A stretch of 32,000 bases of DNA from Candidatus Saccharimonadota bacterium (GCF_000185985.2 NC_014909.2:540001-572000), one strand, 5' to 3'; shown: positions 23,391-32,000, numbered from the stretch's first letter. Notes: generated by a model from the letters alone, not told the origin. Program-made: numbers and translations.

Positions 23391-24506
23391 TTAAAACACG
23401 CTAAAACCAAAATTTTTTAACATTTCGGTAGTATAATCTTTTCCGGTATCTACAAAAATAGAAGACCATTCTCTACGAAAAAAATAATATTTACGTAACT
23501 TATCAAACCCCCCCGAATTTAACGCATAACTTTTCAGGCAAATATGATCATTATATATATTATAAATAATTTTAATCAAACTATTTATATTGGCTTCATC
23601 CATTTTCTTTATACGAATATAATTAATAAAAGATGGAAATAAATTTGACACATTAATTTTATCAGAAATATTAAAATATTGACAAAACGCATTATATATC
23701 ATAATAATACTCCTTATTTTACTCTCAATAGAATATCCTGCAATATGTGCAGTCCCAATATCTATGCAAAACAACAATGGCAATAACAATTTTGGTTCAA
23801 ACTCCCACACATCTAAAATGACATTTATTTTTTTCCCATGATCTAAAGCTTTTAACAAAGCAGAATTATCAAATACCTCTCCTCGGGATGTGTTAATCAA
23901 TGTTTTGTTAGATGGTAATGCTTCTATAATATCCTTATTAACCATATGCCATGTAGGATAACTACCCGTATAAGTTAAAGGCGTATGAAAAGTCAAAATA
24001 TCTGATTCAGAAACCAAAATTTCCAATGATTTCCAAGATTTATCAGTATTTATTTTTGATAAATAAGGATCGTATAATAAAGTCTGCACACCAAAACTAT
24101 TTAATCTTTGATTTAATAAATTCCCTATATGCCCTACTCCAATAATACCAACAATTTTATCACGTAAAAAAAAATGATCACGATGAGCTAACCAAAACAA
24201 AGCTGAAAAAACATACTCCACAACAGCTATAGCATTACTACCTGGGGCAGAAATATACTTAACATTATTTTTCTCTAAATAATCTTGATCAATATGATCT
24301 GTTCCAGAAGTCACAGTCCCAACAAATTTAACCGAACTATCATGTAATAATTCATAATCCACTTTAGTAATCGAACGTACTATTAATACATCTGTATTTT
24401 TAATATGTTTATCAGAAAGAAAACGTCCTTCATATTGTCTTAATTGATTAGTTAAGCCAAACAACTCATTAACATAAGGTATTTCCTTATCTGCTAAAAT
24501 TCTCAA
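23391..24506 (-). CDS. pdxB: Erythronate-4-phosphate dehydrogenase (PLP biosynthesis)
   Basis: The 371-aa ORF carries [11 protein letters not shown] (NAD fold), the [17 protein letters not shown] and FDKLRK.Y..RREWSS motifs. The start codon is TTG (24506-24504) at exactly the homologous position (MRILAD versus E. coli MKILVD), with GAGG 5 nt upstream. Confidence 0.92.
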   Translation of the reverse strand: MRILADKEIPYVNELFGLTNQLRQYEGRFLSDKHIKNTDVLIVRSITKVDYELLHDSSVKFVGTVTSGTDHIDQDYLEKNNVKYISAPGSNAIAVVEYVFSALFWLAHRDHFFLRDKIVGIIGVGHIGNLLNQRLNSFGVQTLLYDPYLSKINTDKSWKSLEILVSESDILTFHTPLTYTGSYPTWHMVNKDIIEALPSNKTLINTSRGEVFDNSALLKALDHGKKINVILDVWEFEPKLLLPLLFCIDIGTAHIAGYSIESKIRSIIMIYNAFCQYFNISDKINVSNLFPSFINYIRIKKMDEANINSLIKIIYNIYNDHICLKSYALNSGGFDKLRKYYFFRREWSSIFVDTGKDYTTEMLKNFGFSVF

Positions 24507-24935
24507 GATTACCTCATATGATGATCATTAATTTCTGTTACTCATAATAAAATATTAATCACATAACTATCACTATACTATTCTCTTAAAATCAAATCAT
24601 TAAAATTACTGAATGCTATCATTAATATAATAATACTTTATACAATAAAATTGGCTAAATTAAAATTTAATTAAATATCTTTTTACAATAGAGTTGTATA
24701 AACTAATGACTCCATTAAAAACTATCCATATTTCTACTACACCTATTTTTAAATTCTTTCCCTTAACTTATCTAACTATCTATTAAAAAATCTTAAATTG
24801 ATAAAAACATTAATATAACAATTATCCCAATTATTTCCTTAAATAATAAAAAAATAACTTATTCAAAATATAATTTAAACTACAATATAGTTATTATTAA
24901 TAATCTCTAATCGATAACCATACCTATTCATGCAA

Positions 24936-26147
24936 TTAAATATACTTTTGAATAACCAATGTAGCATTCGTTCCCCCAAAACCAAAACTATTCGTCATAA
25001 CTGTATTTAATTTTCGATGCACAGGTTGCCTGACGATTTTCATATGATTTAAATATGGATCCAACTGATCAATGTTAATACTAGGAGCAATAAAATTGTA
25101 CTTTAACATAAGCATAGAATAAATAGTCTCATGCACTCCTGCTGCCCCTAACGCATGCCCAGTCATAGATTTAGTAGACGAAAAATATGGATGATCAGTT
25201 CCAAAAACTTCTAAAATAGCCCATAACTCCTTCACATCACCTATTTGAGTAGAAGTACCATGCATATTTATATAATCTATAGGAATAGCAAGATCTTTTA
25301 ACGCTATTCTCATACATCTTACTGCTCCTTCACCTGATGGCGCAACCATATCAAATCCATCAGAAGTAGCTCCATATCCTATAATTTCACCATAAATATA
25401 TGCTCCTCTATTCAGAGCATGCATTAATTCTTCTAGCACTACTACCCCCCCTCCTCCCGAAATCACAAAACCATCTCTATTTACATCATATGGCCGAGAT
25501 GCTTTTTCAGGAATTGTATTGTATTTAGTAGATAAAGCGCCCATAGCATCAAATTCGCATGCCATTTCCCAACATAATTCTTCTCCTCCCCCAGCAAAAA
25601 CAACAATTTGTCTTCCTGATTGAATTAATTCAAACGCATGTCCAATACAATGAGCAGATGTAGAACAAGCTGAACTAATGGAATAACTTATTCCACGAAT
25701 TTTAAATGCAGTTGCCAAACATGCTGATATTCCTGAAGCCATAGACCTAGTAACCATATAAGGCCCTACACCCCTTAAACCTTTCATTCTCATATTATTA
25801 GATCCAACCACCTGATTTCTAGGCGATCCCCCTCCAGAACCAATAATTAGACCAGTCTTATCACTACCAATTACTTCATCAGATAATTCAGAATCTTGTA
25901 TAGCTTGTTGCATTGATAAATAAGCATATATGGAAGCATCACTCATAAATCGTACAATTTTACGATTAATTAATCCTTCAGTGTGAAGTTTAATGCCTCC
26001 CCAAATATGACTACGCATACCTGATTCTTCTAACTCCTTAGAAAAATTTATTCCAGATAACCCATGTTGTAAAGAACGCAACACTTCACTGTGATTATTA
26101 CCAATACTCGATATAATTCCCAAACCAGTAATAACAACACGTTTCAT
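24936..26147 (-). CDS. fabB: 3-oxoacyl-ACP synthase I (KAS I)
   Basis: The ORF is near-colinear with E. coli FabB (MKR.VITGLGI.SSIGNN, SSAC.TSAHC active-site Cys, [25 protein letters not shown]). The ORF track starts at 26159, but that ATG-AGG-TGT sequence is itself a GAGGTG Shine-Dalgarno 4 nt upstream of the ATG at 26147, which gives 403 aa. Confidence 0.95.
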   Translation of the reverse strand: MKRVVITGLGIISSIGNNHSEVLRSLQHGLSGINFSKELEESGMRSHIWGGIKLHTEGLINRKIVRFMSDASIYAYLSMQQAIQDSELSDEVIGSDKTGLIIGSGGGSPRNQVVGSNNMRMKGLRGVGPYMVTRSMASGISACLATAFKIRGISYSISSACSTSAHCIGHAFELIQSGRQIVVFAGGGEELCWEMACEFDAMGALSTKYNTIPEKASRPYDVNRDGFVISGGGGVVVLEELMHALNRGAYIYGEIIGYGATSDGFDMVAPSGEGAVRCMRIALKDLAIPIDYINMHGTSTQIGDVKELWAILEVFGTDHPYFSSTKSMTGHALGAAGVHETIYSMLMLKYNFIAPSINIDQLDPYLNHMKIVRQPVHRKLNTVMTNSFGFGGTNATLVIQKYI

Positions 26148-26927
26148 TTTACACCTCATATAATAATAGTTTGAGCATTACAAAATACGACTATATTACA
26201 AAATATATCCCAAATATTAATTACCTAATATCATTAAAAAATCGTCAAATTCACTATCAACACCTTAACATTATAAAATATCTTATTTGAGTAACACATT
26301 TGTTTATATCTATAGTATAATTTAAATATTACAAATATTATTTGTATACTTAAATATATTTGATACAATACTTATTATCTAATTACTAATTAAATTTATG
26401 GAAATTATAAACTATATTAATAATATATCTGATTATTATACAACACCTTTCATTTATATGTGCATATTATAGATAATTCGTAATCATATATAAGAATAAT
26501 AATATGATCTCAAACAGAATTAATGCTACATCATCTTATAATAAATAATTTAATTTATTACTATACATACCCTCATATAAATAAATACAAAAAAATAGAC
26601 ATATATTGCATGATGTATCTCCTATATATTATAGATTCATCATATTGCATTGACTATATATTAATAAAGTTAATAAATACTTATTACAAGCATTGTTATC
26701 AATGATATATACATATTATCTATACTTTCTATATCCCGGTTGATATTACAACAACTCATATACAATGATTACAATATTTAACTATATTGTCTCTAATAAC
26801 ATAAAAACAAAAAGTAATTTTATTACTTTATTTGCATATTGATATAATTTTATACTAAAATCACAATATTTTTAATTCTATATATAAATCATATCAGTAT
26901 ATGAACCATAAAAATTAAAAAATACTA

Positions 26928-27824
26928 ATGAAAACATACACTATATTAGATATATTACGATGGTCTATCAGCCAATTTAATTCAACACCACTGTATTATG
27001 GACATGGTACGAATAATGTGTGGGATGAGGCACTACATTTAGTTTTAAGTAGTATAAACCTTCCAATCGACACACCAACCGAAATATTTTTTTCTTGTTT
27101 AAGTAAAAAAGAACGAGCATTAATCATTAAATTAGTTAATCTTCGAGTACAAAAACGTATACCAGTTCCGTATTTAACAAACAAGGCATGGTTTTGTAAT
27201 TTAGAATTTTATGTAAATAATCAAGTATTTATTCCTCGATCTCCTATAGGGGAATTAATCATGTCAAATTTTCATGACATTTTACCAACGCCTCCTAAAC
27301 ACATACTTGACATGTGCACTGGAAGTGGATGTATAGCAATTGCTATAGCTATGATAATGTATCCACACTCAGAAATAGATGCTGTAGATCTTTCTATAAA
27401 AGCTTTACAAATTGCAGAATATAACATTAAATTATACAATTTAGAAAATCAAATCATCCCTATACATTCTAATTTATTTAAAAATATACCTAAATTTAAA
27501 AAATATGATTTGATTGTAATAAATCCTCCATACGTAAACAAAGCAGATATATGCAATTTACCTGAGGAATACCTTCATGAACCTATATTATCTTTATCTG
27601 CCAATTGCAACGGATTAGAAATAATTCATCAAATTTTTATACAAATTACTGATTATTTAAATACCAATGGGGTATTGGTATGTGAAGTAGGCAATACTCA
27701 AAATGAATTAAAAAAATACTACGAAAATATTCCATTTCATTGGTTTACTCTAAACAACGGAGGAACAGGAGTTTTCGCTCTAACTTATCAACAGCTGCTA
27801 TCTTTAAATAAAAATTATACATAA
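26928..27824 (+). CDS. prmB: Ribosomal protein L3 glutamine N5-methyltransferase
   Basis: The 298-aa ORF carries [19 protein letters not shown], the SAM motif [12 protein letters not shown], and the NPPY catalytic motif (VINPPYV). It lies upstream of and adjacent to aroC, as in E. coli. The ATG is the first start after an in-frame stop, and the N-terminus is about 12 aa shorter than in E. coli. Confidence 0.9.
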   Translation: MKTYTILDILRWSISQFNSTPLYYGHGTNNVWDEALHLVLSSINLPIDTPTEIFFSCLSKKERALIIKLVNLRVQKRIPVPYLTNKAWFCNLEFYVNNQVFIPRSPIGELIMSNFHDILPTPPKHILDMCTGSGCIAIAIAMIMYPHSEIDAVDLSIKALQIAEYNIKLYNLENQIIPIHSNLFKNIPKFKKYDLIVINPPYVNKADICNLPEEYLHEPILSLSANCNGLEIIHQIFIQITDYLNTNGVLVCEVGNTQNELKKYYENIPFHWFTLNNGGTGVFALTYQQLLSLNKNYT

Positions 27825-27849
27825 CATTAAAAATTACGAGGAACAAATT

Positions 27850-28911
27850 ATGACTGGTAATAGTATTGGACAATGCTTTAAAGTTACAACCTTTGGTGAA
27901 TCCCATGGATTCGCAATTGGAGGAATTATTGATGGAGTACCTCCAGGATTATCCTTAAAAAAAGAAGATATACAACACGATTTAAATAGGAGACGACCAG
28001 GCACATCGCAGTACACTAGCCCTCGATCAGAATTAGATATTATAGAAATTTTATCCGGAGTTTTCAATGGAAAAACAACAGGCACTAGTATAGGATTAAT
28101 GATTAAAAATACTGACCAAAGACCTCAGGATTATGAAAAAATAAAAAATTTATACCGTCCCGGCCATGCAGATTATACTTACGAAAAAAAATACGGATTA
28201 AGAGACTATCGTGGAGGAGGACGTTCCTCAGCTCGAGAAACAGCAATTCGAGTAGCAGCAGGAGCTATCGCAAAAAAATATCTTTTAAAAGTTCAAAACA
28301 TTAAAATCCAAGGATTTTTAGCTCAAATGGGAAACATCTATTGCGATTTAAAAAACTGGGATCAAATAAACAGCAATCCTTTTTTCTGCCCAGATCCTAA
28401 TCAATTGCAAAAACTAGACTCATTAATACGAAATTTAAAAAAATCTGGAGATTCTATTGGAGCAAAAGTAACAATAATGATAAAAAACTTGCCTGTAGGA
28501 CTAGGTGAGCCAGTATTTGATCGATTAGATGCAGATCTCGCTCACGCATTAATGAGTATTAATGCTGTCAAAGGAATAGAAATTGGAGACGGATTTTTAG
28601 TTGTTACTAAGCATGGAAGTGAACATCGAGATGAAATTACGACCCAAGGAGAATTTAAAAGTAACCATTCCGGAGGAATATTAGGCGGAATAAGCACTGG
28701 ACAACCTATCGTTATACACATAGCTATTAAACCAACCTCTAGTATAGCAATACCAGGAAAAACTATTACTAAAAACAATGAAGAAACACAAATTATTACA
28801 AAAGGTAGACACGATCCCTGCATAGGTATTAGAGTGGTTCCTATTGCAGAAGCAATGACGGCTATTGTGCTGATGGATCATTTATTGCGATTTAGAGCCC
28901 AATGTGGATAA
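27850..28911 (+). CDS. aroC: Chorismate synthase
   Basis: The 353-aa ORF carries [35 protein letters not shown], and GRHDPC.GIR.VPIAEAM. GAGGA lies 7 nt upstream of the ATG. Confidence 0.97.
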   Translation: MTGNSIGQCFKVTTFGESHGFAIGGIIDGVPPGLSLKKEDIQHDLNRRRPGTSQYTSPRSELDIIEILSGVFNGKTTGTSIGLMIKNTDQRPQDYEKIKNLYRPGHADYTYEKKYGLRDYRGGGRSSARETAIRVAAGAIAKKYLLKVQNIKIQGFLAQMGNIYCDLKNWDQINSNPFFCPDPNQLQKLDSLIRNLKKSGDSIGAKVTIMIKNLPVGLGEPVFDRLDADLAHALMSINAVKGIEIGDGFLVVTKHGSEHRDEITTQGEFKSNHSGGILGGISTGQPIVIHIAIKPTSSIAIPGKTITKNNEETQIITKGRHDPCIGIRVVPIAEAMTAIVLMDHLLRFRAQCG

Positions 28912-29188
28912 ATACTCACTTGCACAAAGAGATTTAATAAATATATAAAAACATACTTATTACTACATTAATATTCAAAAACCTTTTACTTAAATTGACA
29001 TAACAAATATATTTAAACTAATATAAAATTGTTTTAAATAAAATTAATAATTTCTAATACTATAAAATTAACTTAAATTTATTTAAAATGTAATTAAAAT
29101 ATAGTAATTATATTTCTCTTGGTAAAAAATATAAACCAATTAATAACAATTATAATTAAACAATTTTCTATATACTTCTCAATTATTT

Positions 29189-29260
29189 GTCTTCGTAGTT
29201 AAATGGACATAACAAGCTTCTCCTAAAAGCTAATTACAGGTTCGATTCCTGTCGAAGACA
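29189..29260 (+). tRNA. argW: tRNA-Arg (anticodon CCU), 72 nt, 3' CCA not encoded
   Basis: I folded the cloverleaf by hand. Acceptor stem: GTCTTCG/CGAAGAC. D-stem: GTTA/TAAC with an AATGGACA loop. Anticodon stem: AGCTT/AAGCT with loop CT-CCT-AA. Variable loop: 4 nt. T-stem: ACAGG/CCTGT with a TTCGATT loop. Discriminator: A. It is very close to E. coli argW as I recall it. The genomic sequence continues TAAC rather than CCA. Confidence 0.93.
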
Positions 29261-29468
29261 TAACTGTTATATATACTACAATTAATAAAACATATAAATA
29301 CTAAAAGTATAACAAAATTAAAAATCACTCTTTTAGAAGTTATAATCTATCTGTGATTTATTAAAAACAGCACTACTATTAACATTATTAATAATATTTA
29401 CCAAAAATTACTCATTTACTATATCCTGAAAAACCAATAAACACCAAAAAAAATAATTAACTCATTAT

Positions 29469-30707
29469 TCATTCTGTAAAAATACCTATCAATAAATATA
29501 TATTTAACCCAATTACAATACTTGTAATCATCCACCCAATAAAATTAATCCATGTAGAATTTACTAACTCATTCATGACATTTACATCCCCAGTAAATAA
29601 CAATAGTGGAATCAATGCCAAAGCAATTCCAAAACTAAGCAATACTTGACTCATAATCAAAATATGAGTTGAATCAATTTCCAAAGCGATAATTATAAAC
29701 GACGGCAACATAGTAACAACACGACGCAACATCATCGGAATATAAAACCGCACAAAACCCTGCATGACAACTTGTCCAGCTAACGTACCCACTACTGTCG
29801 ACGATAATCCTGCAGCAGTTAAACTCAATCCAAAAATCACAGCAGCAGTATGATTTAATAATGGAGATAATGTTAAATAAGCTTCGTTTAAACTAGCAAC
29901 ACCAGTATGCCCACTAAAATGAAATACTGCTGCTGCTGTAGCCATCATAGACAAATTTACAAACCCCGCTATAGTCATTGCAATTGCAACGTCTAATTTA
30001 GTAGAATCATATCTCTCCAATTTAGTTGCTTCCATTACATTATCTTGAGTCAGAGAAGAATGTAAATAAATAACATGCGGCATGACAGTCGCTCCTAATA
30101 CCCCAGCAGATAAAAAAACTGCTTCTTTATTAGGTAACACAGGAAACAACATACCCATACCTAATCCAATTAATTCAGGCTTAGAATAAAATAACTCAAT
30201 ACAATATGCACCCGCTACAAATAATAATAAACTACCTACAATTAATTCTAAAGGCTTCTTACCATAATTTTGTAAAGTTAAAATCAAAAAAGTAGCTACA
30301 CCAGTCAATAATGCTCCTTTAAATAAAGAAATTCCTAATAATATTTGAAATCCAATAGCAGCTCCTATAAATTCCGCTAAATCTGTTGCCATAGCAATTA
30401 CCTCCGCTTGCACCCAATACATCCATACTATAGACTTAGGAAATTGATCTCGAATATGTTCTGCTAAATTTTTTCCGGTGGCAATACCCAATTTTGCAGA
30501 AAGCAATTGAATTAACATAGCCATCACATTAGCCCATACCACTACCCATAATAATTTATAACCAAAAGTAGCTCCAGCTTGAATATTAGTGGCATAATTT
30601 CCAGGATCAATATAACCTATTGCTGCTATAAAAGCTGGTCCAAGCAATGTAAGTTTTATTTTTCTTTTAGCATGATTGCTTTCTACATTAGATTGAGTTC
30701 TCAACAT
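29469..30707 (-). CDS. mntH: NRAMP-family divalent metal (Mn2+/Fe2+):H+ symporter
   Basis: The 412-aa ORF matches the length of E. coli MntH and is very highly conserved ([80 protein letters not shown]). AGAGAGG lies 4-5 nt upstream of the ATG. Confidence 0.96.
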   Translation of the reverse strand: MLRTQSNVESNHAKRKIKLTLLGPAFIAAIGYIDPGNYATNIQAGATFGYKLLWVVVWANVMAMLIQLLSAKLGIATGKNLAEHIRDQFPKSIVWMYWVQAEVIAMATDLAEFIGAAIGFQILLGISLFKGALLTGVATFLILTLQNYGKKPLELIVGSLLLFVAGAYCIELFYSKPELIGLGMGMLFPVLPNKEAVFLSAGVLGATVMPHVIYLHSSLTQDNVMEATKLERYDSTKLDVAIAMTIAGFVNLSMMATAAAVFHFSGHTGVASLNEAYLTLSPLLNHTAAVIFGLSLTAAGLSSTVVGTLAGQVVMQGFVRFYIPMMLRRVVTMLPSFIIIALEIDSTHILIMSQVLLSFGIALALIPLLLFTGDVNVMNELVNSTWINFIGWMITSIVIGLNIYLLIGIFTE

Positions 30708-32000
30708 TCAACCTCTCTATTAATAATATAATTTGATCAACTTCATATTACATACTAACTTTAATAAATCAGTACTATAACAAATTACTATTTTTCAAAA
30801 TACATATGATTATATCATAGGCTAATTTTTATAAATCATTTAAATACATTATTACTCTTATCCTTTAATTTATACATTTATATCGAATATTCAAATATAC
30901 AAAAAATAACATATCATGGTAATATATTTTAATTTCAGATTAGATTTATCACTCATTTCAATATTTTGAATAAATAAAAATTTAAATATATTTAATATCA
31001 CTTTTAAATTCTAACAACAAAAATTTTTATAAAATATTTTATTGTATATACCTAAATTATATTTAAATTCATATAAAAATTTCCATTATCTGAATAATAT
31101 TATTTTACATATTAAGAAATACATCTGTTTTTTAAAAATACATATACAAAACATTTATATTCCTTACTAAGGATGTATACTTATTATTTTATTGCTACAC
31201 TTACTAAAATTTCAATTTTTTATAAACGAATAATGTATCTTTATTACCACAAAGAATAAATATTATTTTATTTATATCAGTAACATTCAAAAAATTAAAA
31301 TCTTTTAATATAAATAAATTATTAATTTTAAAATTAATCTAAAAATTTACAACATTAAACAAATAAACACTATTAAATATCTCTAATATTTACTATATAT
31401 CGTTACTTCTATAACTACATCCCTATATTTTACGCTATTATTTATAAATATATAAATAATATTATATCCATAACATGTTGTAATGATACTAATACCAGGC
31501 ATATAGAATATTTTTGTTCATTACAATATTCCTCTTACCTAATCTTATGTATTATTTAATCAGAAATAAAATTGAGCATATATCTTATTTGCCTATAATA
31601 AAAATAATTTTTAATTATAAAACATGTTATAATAAAATTTAAATATCTATTATTATCGCTGTAATTTTTTAAAAAAGATACTGACTTACCTATAATTTTA
31701 TTTTGTTATTAAAATATTATACAAAATTTACTTTCAAAAAATTCGAACAATACTTCTATTGATTAGTTTTAATATCAATATACCACTGAAGTATTTTATT
31801 AAAAATAAACAACAACATTATAAAAATTAAATTCAATTCTACTAAATTTAGATTATAACAACTTATAAAATAACAAATATTTATTATTTTTTTACTTAAA
31901 AAATCTATAACTTTTATTATTTATATATATTATTCTTTATTTCTAACACATTGACATTATAACTGATATTACTTCAGAATTGCACAAAAACATTTGATAT

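Noticed and set aside
26523-26705. 60-aa ORF in the fabB-prmB spacer, the only intergenic ORF in the track
   Set aside because: It sits at the minimum length threshold. The product is dominated by Tyr, Ile, Asn, Leu and Lys, as expected from translating nearly pure A+T DNA. It has no SD and no recognisable motif.
26996-28881. Minus-strand ORFs 26996-27184, 27834-28085, 28542-28823 and 28681-28881 antisense to prmB/aroC
   Set aside because: These are shadow ORFs opposite conserved genes. Two of them overlap each other in different frames, and none has supporting features.
29340-29375. 7-bp inverted repeat AAATCAC...GTGATTT between the tRNA and the mntH stop, considered as a terminator
   Set aside because: The loop of about 24 nt is too large for an intrinsic terminator, and the stem is short. 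The coordinates are approximate, and the chance expectation is high in AT-rich DNA.
31951-31956. Perfect TTGACA -35 hexamer near the window end
   Set aside because: No acceptable -10 element lies at 16-19 nt spacing, and no downstream gene is visible within the window.
1-32000. Possibility of an alternative genetic code (UGA=Trp), as in some tiny symbiont genomes
   Set aside because: nuoM and nuoG terminate at TGA at the positions expected from homologues. The conserved Trp codon I checked (NuoG W841) is TGG. All ORFs reach homologue length under the standard bacterial code.
1-32000. Search for CRISPR arrays, IS elements or transposases, integrases, prophage genes, toxin-antitoxin or defence systems, or any unassigned multi-gene cluster
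   Set aside because: Every ORF of credible length has a confident housekeeping assignment. There are no regularly spaced direct repeats, no terminal inverted repeats flanking an ORF, and no GC-content island. The non-coding stretches lack ORFs altogether, so I found no candidate novel system.

Overview
This window looks like core chromosome from a strongly reduced, very AT-rich gammaproteobacterial genome. It is Enterobacterales-derived and resembles an insect-endosymbiont genome (Blochmannia-like in style), but the taxon cannot be fixed without a database search. By my tally about 85% is coding.

I support 24 protein genes and one tRNA. All are housekeeping genes with near-colinear similarity to E. 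coli proteins as I recall them:
- nrdA-nrdB-yfaE (+ strand)
- the complete 13-gene complex I operon nuoA-N, with fused nuoCD (- strand)
- folC, accD, truA, pdxB, fabB (- strand)
- prmB-aroC (+ strand)
- tRNA-Arg(CCU) (+ strand)
- mntH (- strand)

Gene order follows the E. coli 50-54 min map, but dozens of intervening genes are absent and the prmB-aroC block is inverted. The genetic code is standard: TGA is used as a stop and TGG encodes Trp.

I see no mobile element, CRISPR array, defence or toxin locus, prophage remnant, or novel multi-gene system, and I do not want to manufacture one.

The parts the gene calls do not explain are:
- the ORF-free, extremely AT-rich spacers, especially >=1.29 kb after mntH and 780 bp between fabB and prmB
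- a tRNA gene with no encoded CCA
- recurrent 9-nt homopolymer tracts inside genes
- a few hairpins and palindromes in spacers
- several start-codon corrections to the ORF track: nuoI, truA and fabB are shortened, and pdxB uses TTG
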